Origin: an uncultured Anaerolineales bacterium
Lineage (GTDB): Bacteria; Chloroflexota; Anaerolineae; B4-G1
Direction: 5' to 3'
Assembly: GCA_964649415.1 (NCBI GenBank)
Contig: CAZYSK010000024.1
Location: forward strand, 4,711 to 68,710
DNA length: 64,000 nt
Positions 59,393 to 64,000 of the stretch are shown piece after piece (the first letter of the stretch is position 1; each line of letters starts with the position of its first letter). Under the pieces are notes generated by a model. It saw nothing but the letters and a program-made list of their open reading frames with translations. It was not told the origin of the DNA and did not search any database. Both the position numbers and the translations under genes were made by a program.

Positions 59393-60910
59393 ATGAAGAG
59401 AAGGGATTTGAAGCGAGGGCTGATTGGGGGCACGTTGGTGCTTCTCCTCAGCATAGGGATCGTAGCATGTGGCCCGGCGCCAACACCAGAGGTGGTCGAG
59501 GTCACCAAGGTAGTAGAGGTAGAAATCGAGAAGGAGACGGAGGTCGAGGTCGAGGTCGAGGTCGAGGTAGTGGTGACACCAACTCCGGCCCCACTCCCTG
59601 AAGGATCAGTCAAAACGATCTCCTTAGGCACGACTGAATCTGACCCCGAATCGGTGGTTGTCTGGCAGGAGATTATTGCCGAATATGAGGAACTTCACCC
59701 GGACGTCCGCATTGACCTGGTGCTCATGCCACATGGCACGGAAATGGAGCGACTGGTAACAGCCCAGGCTGTGGGAGCGGAGCTGGGTATAATGTCGCCG
59801 GAGCGCGAATACTTCAGCGATTATGTTGAGGCTGGTTACCTGATTCCACTGGATGATGTAGTCGACGGTATTGGCCGCGACAAGTTCAAGCCGAACGCGG
59901 TGTTGAGCCTGGATGGCCACGATTACGCTATCGGCTATGCTGGGGGCACGCAAACCACGCTGTGGGTGCGGAAGGATCTTTTCGATGCAGCCGGTCTTGA
60001 ACTCCCGACCAACTACGACGAATTGTTGGCGGCTGCCAAGGCGCTGACCCAGGACACGGACGGAGACGGAGACATCGATATCTATGGTATCGGTCTTCCG
60101 GCGGCTGCAAATGGCGCGACTCAAAACCGGTTTATTCCCTTCGTCTACCAGAACGGCGGCGACTGGTTTGACAAAGAGGGCAACCTGACATTTGACAGTC
60201 CCAATGTTCTTGAGGCCCTCGAGAGGTATGTCGCGCTCCTGGAGTACGCGCCCCCTGATGTCACTGGCTGGTCATACTCCGATGGCATTACCGCGTTCAC
60301 CGCGGGCAGAATTGCTATGCATCCCTATGGTGGTCGCTTGGGCTACAACCTTTTCCGCGACAAGCCAGAAATGCGCGAGAAGACCACGGCCATTTGGTTC
60401 CCTGTGGGCGAAAAGGTCTATGCAGGGCGTGGATCGTACGATTACCTGGCGGTTTCTAGCACCTGTCGCTGGCCTGAGGAGACGAAGGACTTCCTGGAGT
60501 TTTTCTTCACCGGTGACAGGCTGGCTCGTTTCTTGATGACTGTACCCGGTCACCTGATCCCACCGACGACTGACCTCGACCAGGTCGTCTTTGAATCCGA
60601 TCATCCGTATGTGCAGCAGTACGCCGACGATGTCCATACACTCTTCGGCGCGCTGACACACGATTGCTTCCCTCAGCTCCAGATGGGGGGAGTGGATGTC
60701 AAGACGGGCACGTTTGACTGTGCCTACAATCCTTGTCCGTGGTCTGGTGGAGTCTTTGGCGCCAAACTCGGTGTCCAGATGATCGTAGACGTGTACGTGG
60801 GTGGTGATACGCCTGAGGACGCCTGGACCCGGGCGTACACCGAAATGCAGAGAGTTGCAGACGAGTGGAAGGCCGAGCATCCAGATTGGAAACCTGTGGT
60901 TAGCCAGTAG
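59393..60910 (+). CDS. ABC transporter extracellular solute-binding lipoprotein (family 1)
   Basis: 505 aa from ATG 59393. Signal/lipobox LLLSIGIVACG. An acidic (Glu-Val)n linker. SBP-like body. Confidence 0.85.
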   Translation: MKRRDLKRGLIGGTLVLLLSIGIVACGPAPTPEVVEVTKVVEVEIEKETEVEVEVEVEVVVTPTPAPLPEGSVKTISLGTTESDPESVVVWQEIIAEYEELHPDVRIDLVLMPHGTEMERLVTAQAVGAELGIMSPEREYFSDYVEAGYLIPLDDVVDGIGRDKFKPNAVLSLDGHDYAIGYAGGTQTTLWVRKDLFDAAGLELPTNYDELLAAAKALTQDTDGDGDIDIYGIGLPAAANGATQNRFIPFVYQNGGDWFDKEGNLTFDSPNVLEALERYVALLEYAPPDVTGWSYSDGITAFTAGRIAMHPYGGRLGYNLFRDKPEMREKTTAIWFPVGEKVYAGRGSYDYLAVSSTCRWPEETKDFLEFFFTGDRLARFLMTVPGHLIPPTTDLDQVVFESDHPYVQQYADDVHTLFGALTHDCFPQLQMGGVDVKTGTFDCAYNPCPWSGGVFGAKLGVQMIVDVYVGGDTPEDAWTRAYTEMQRVADEWKAEHPDWKPVVSQ

Positions 60911-60925
60911 CCTTACTGCAACGTT

Positions 60926-60957
60926 CAGGTTGGGAGCCCGCGTGGGCTCCCAACCTG
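60926..60957 (+). other. 14-bp perfect hairpin after the binding-protein gene
   Basis: CAGGTTGGGAGCCC-GCGT-GGGCTCCCAACCTG with no T-tract. It is positioned like the mRNA-stabilising hairpins that follow SBP genes in sugar ABC operons. Confidence 0.5.
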
Positions 60958-61016
60958 TAAGGGGAACATAGGAGTCCCTTCTTGGCACTAGACTTAGCAT
61001 TAGTTGGAGTTTAAAC

Positions 61017-61922
61017 ATGGAGTTCAAGTTGGGCGAGCGTCTGGGAGCTAAGGTTTTTGCCTGGGGTCTGGTTGCACCTTCAATCATCTGTCTGACCGCG
61101 CTTTCGATCTATCCCTTCCTGACGGCGGTTCAGAGTAGCTTCTACTGCATCCATACCATCACTCGTGAGTCCTCCTACGTTGGGTTGGACAACTACGTCT
61201 GGGTTCTCCATTCGCCGATGTTTTGGGCATCGTTGAGACGGTCCTTTATCTGGTCGTTTTTCGGGGTGGGTATCCAGCTTGTCTTGGGCATCGTATTTTC
61301 GCTAGTCCTGCATCAAGAACTCAAAGGCCGGGTTATCGCTCGTGGCCTGGTCTTGTTTCCATATCTCATCCCTGCTGTTGTGGCGGCAAGTGTCTGGCGG
61401 TTCATGCTGAGTCCATCAGTCGGCGTCATCAATTATCTGCTGGTCGACGTGCTCCATCTGCTCAAGGGTCCCCTGACGTGGCTGATGCGTCCCGAAACGG
61501 CTTTGCCTGGCGTGATCCTGGTGGGAATCTGGAAGTACATTCCATTTATGGTCATCTTGTTCCTGGGGCGCTTGCAGACCACGCCCCTCGAACTCTATGA
61601 TGCGGCAAAGATCGACGGTGCTAATGCGTGGCAATCGTTTCGGTACATTACGTTTGCTTGGCTGAAGCCCATCATCCTGGTGGCTCTCATGCTGCGTACC
61701 ATCTGGCTTTTTAATCATTTCGATCTGGTCTACCTGTTGACGTTCGGCGGCCCGATGCACGCTACGACGACTGTTCCCGTGCTGATTCGCCACACTGCCT
61801 TTGAGGAGCTTCAAATGGGAAGGGCCGCCACTATCAGTATGGTCCTTGTAGTCGTCCTGCTGATCGCTTCCATCGGATACACATGGGCCTATGCTCGGTC
61901 AGAGGAAGAGCTTCGGCATTAG
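61017..61922 (+). CDS. Carbohydrate ABC transporter permease (MalF-like)
   Basis: 301 aa with six TM segments. EAA loop YDAAKIDGANAWQSFRYIT. Confidence 0.88.
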   Translation: MEFKLGERLGAKVFAWGLVAPSIICLTALSIYPFLTAVQSSFYCIHTITRESSYVGLDNYVWVLHSPMFWASLRRSFIWSFFGVGIQLVLGIVFSLVLHQELKGRVIARGLVLFPYLIPAVVAASVWRFMLSPSVGVINYLLVDVLHLLKGPLTWLMRPETALPGVILVGIWKYIPFMVILFLGRLQTTPLELYDAAKIDGANAWQSFRYITFAWLKPIILVALMLRTIWLFNHFDLVYLLTFGGPMHATTTVPVLIRHTAFEELQMGRAATISMVLVVVLLIASIGYTWAYARSEEELRH

Positions 61923-62046
61923 CCCTTGTTCTGCTTACAATCGTTTGGTGGCATGGAAAGCGGCTGGATCCAGTCGATTGTTCAGAACCGAGTGCCGTTC
62001 CTGGCCCCCAGGACCATGCCAACATCACCACGGAAGAGGTCGTAGA

Positions 62047-63237
62047 ATGAGGATCACCGAAGTACGCGTTATTGTAACCTGCCCTAATCGGAATTTCGTT
62101 CTCGCCAAAGTCATGACAGACCAGGATGGCCTGTACGGCGTAGGCGGGGGAACGCTCAATGGGAACGAGCTGACTGTCGCTCAGGCTATCGAGCACGCGT
62201 CACATCTGATCATCGGGCGCGACCCGTTGGACACTGAGGATACGTGGCAGTTGCTCTATCACTGGAGCTACTGGCGTGGAGGCCCGATTTTCATGCCTGC
62301 CATCGCCGCGATTGATCTGGCTCTGTGGGATATCAAAGGAAAGGTTGCTGGCCTCCCTGTCTACCAGCTTCTGGGGGGCAAGTCCCGAGAGGGAGTTGCC
62401 TGTTACGAGCATGCGGACGGGAACAATCCGGTTGAGGTAGAGGACAGCGTGCGCAGCTTTATCGAAAAGGGGTACAAGTACGTCCGAGCCCAACTGAACG
62501 GCTACGGTGGGCCAGGGAAGGTCAGGTACGAGCCGCCCACACAGCCGGGTATTCCCGGCACCAGTTTCTTCACTCCTAGGCCCTACTTGCTGAGCACACC
62601 CAAGCTGTTTGAACACCTGCGTAAGACGCTTGGCGAGGAGGTGAATCTCGTACACGACGTCCACGAACGGTTGACGCCCATTGAGGCAGCCTGGCTCGCC
62701 AAGCGATTGGAGCCACATGGCCTCTTCTATTTGGAGGACCCTATCCGGCCAGAGCACAGGGAGAGTCTTAGGCTCGTTCGTCAAGCGTCTACGACTCCTA
62801 TTGCAATGGGGGAACTCTTTACTTCCCGCTGGGATTGTCTGCCTCTCTTCCAGGAGCAGCTAATAGACTTCATCCGTGTCGGGCCTATTCACGTCGGGGG
62901 CATTACAGAGGCAAAAAGAATCTCCACACTGGCTGAGACTTTCCAGATTCGCACTGCTTTCCATGGTCCCCCCGACATAGATCCTATTGGCCAGGCGGCC
63001 GCCGTTCACATTGGCATGGTCATCCCCAACTTTGGTGTGCAGGAGTGGTCGACCTTTCCCGACTTGGTGCACGAAATCATGCCTGGAGCCTGTGAGTTCC
63101 GTGATGGCTATGCTTACCCCAGCGACAAGCCGGGGTTGGGTATGGACATCAACGAAGAGTTGGCAAAGAAATATCCTTATCAGCGCGCCTACATGTCGAT
63201 CGTTCGTCGGCAGGACGGCAGCATGCATGTCTACTAG
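62047..63237 (+). CDS. manD: Enolase-superfamily D-mannonate dehydratase (ManD/RspA-like)
   Basis: 396 aa from ATG 62047. VIVTCPNRNFVLAKV, GGGTLNGNELTVA, YWRGGP, AIDLALWDIKGK, YQLLGG match the ManD subgroup pattern. Confidence 0.85.
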   Translation: MRITEVRVIVTCPNRNFVLAKVMTDQDGLYGVGGGTLNGNELTVAQAIEHASHLIIGRDPLDTEDTWQLLYHWSYWRGGPIFMPAIAAIDLALWDIKGKVAGLPVYQLLGGKSREGVACYEHADGNNPVEVEDSVRSFIEKGYKYVRAQLNGYGGPGKVRYEPPTQPGIPGTSFFTPRPYLLSTPKLFEHLRKTLGEEVNLVHDVHERLTPIEAAWLAKRLEPHGLFYLEDPIRPEHRESLRLVRQASTTPIAMGELFTSRWDCLPLFQEQLIDFIRVGPIHVGGITEAKRISTLAETFQIRTAFHGPPDIDPIGQAAAVHIGMVIPNFGVQEWSTFPDLVHEIMPGACEFRDGYAYPSDKPGLGMDINEELAKKYPYQRAYMSIVRRQDGSMHVY

Positions 63238-63288
63238 GACGCCTACATCCTATTTGGTCGAGAACAAGACAAAAGGAGGCTGCTAACA

Positions 63289-64000
63289 ATGAGAATTGAT
63301 CCTAACAGCTGTGTTGGCTGCGGACAGTGTATTTCCTATTGCCCTATGGAGGCCATTCACCTGACGGACGCGGGTGTATCCGAGGTCGATCAAGAGGAAT
63401 GCGTGGAGTGTGGTGTCTGCCTGCGGAATGCAAGTTGCCCCACAGATGCGATCATCGAGACAGAAAATCCATGGCCCCGTTCGGTGCGTGCTTCGTTCTC
63501 CAATCCATTGATGGAACATAAAGAAACTCGCATCCCTGGCCGTGGTACCGAGGAGATGAAGACCAACGACGTGACTGGGCGATTCAGATATGGCCAGGTC
63601 GGGATGGCTATGGAAGTGGGGCGTCCGGGCACTGGTACGCGCTTCCGTGACGTACAGATTCTGACGATGATGCTGGCGGAACTAGGCATTCACCTTGAGG
63701 TCCAGAACCCTGTGACGTCTCTCATCGTAGACGAGGACAAGGGCTTACTCAATCCTGATGTGCTAAATGAGAAGGTCTTATCGGCAATCGTTGAGTTTAC
63801 CATCCCCATTGAGAAAGTGCCGGGAGTCATCGAACGGCTGCGCGAGGTGGAAGGACAGTTGAACACCGTGTTTAGTGTCGATTTGATCTGCAAGGTGCGG
63901 CAAAATGACTTCGTGGCTACTGTCCCGCTGATGGAGCGACTCGGCGTCTCACTTTCGGCGAATGGCAAGAATAACTTGGGTCTGGGACGACCGTACTTCG
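63289..64000 (+). CDS. 4Fe-4S dicluster-domain protein, 5' part (runs off the right edge)
   Basis: ATG 63289 lies 9 nt after GGAGG, and the frame is open to the window end. Two ferredoxin motifs, CVGCGQCISYCP and CVECGVCLRNASCP, then at least 190 aa without a motif I recognise. Not listed in the ORF track because it is incomplete. Confidence 0.7.
   Translation, partial: MRIDPNSCVGCGQCISYCPMEAIHLTDAGVSEVDQEECVECGVCLRNASCPTDAIIETENPWPRSVRASFSNPLMEHKETRIPGRGTEEMKTNDVTGRFRYGQVGMAMEVGRPGTGTRFRDVQILTMMLAELGIHLEVQNPVTSLIVDEDKGLLNPDVLNEKVLSAIVEFTIPIEKVPGVIERLREVEGQLNTVFSVDLICKVRQNDFVATVPLMERLGVSLSANGKNNLGLGRPYF

Overview
High-G+C bacterial chromosome segment; spot counts of 60-nt lines give about 65-77% G+C in most of the window. 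Gene content looks Chloroflexota-like, which is inference only. I call about 60 protein genes and found no rRNA, tRNA or CRISPR. Left part (0-23 kb): pgeF-yggS-yggT-yggU; a membrane-anchored NACHT/HEAT STAND NTPase co-oriented with an orphan OmpR-type regulator; lgt; a minus-strand envelope/tRNA operon (GT51 transglycosylase, DHH-CBS-CCA fusion, GerW/YtfJ, two Yip1-like paralogs); ltaE; a transposase remnant next to a lower-G+C block (EamA, CocE/NonD, GH3); and a TPR-SLT lytic transglycosylase. Centre (23.4-45.6 kb): a 22-kb co-directional operon for methanofuran/tetrahydromethanopterin (MFR/H4MPT) C1 transfer, with mtd, fwdDBA, ftr, fwdC, mch and cofactor-biosynthesis genes. Unexpectedly, this operon contains the nickel-pincer cofactor genes larE-larB-larC with no larA. 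These are bracketed by two paralogous Pol-beta-type nucleotidyltransferase-like genes, and the operon is led by an unassignable 592-aa protein plus a stand-alone LarC C-terminal-domain protein. This is my best candidate for an undescribed system. Right part: a sodium:solute symporter, a TIM-barrel isomerase, a lipoprotein, a MacB-like ABC exporter, a D-threonine-aldolase-like enzyme, then a lower-G+C sugar-acid island (kdgK, kduD, uxuA, two enolase-superfamily dehydratases, rpiR, a sugar ABC importer, an Fe-S protein). The strongest signal seen directly in the sequence is a set of short hairpin-repeat families. Identical copies are inserted in-frame in unrelated genes (fwdC, larE, an ATP-grasp gene, a nucleotidyltransferase gene, the symporter 3' end), and tandem arrays sit at gene ends. 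All product names come from motif recognition by eye; no database search was run.
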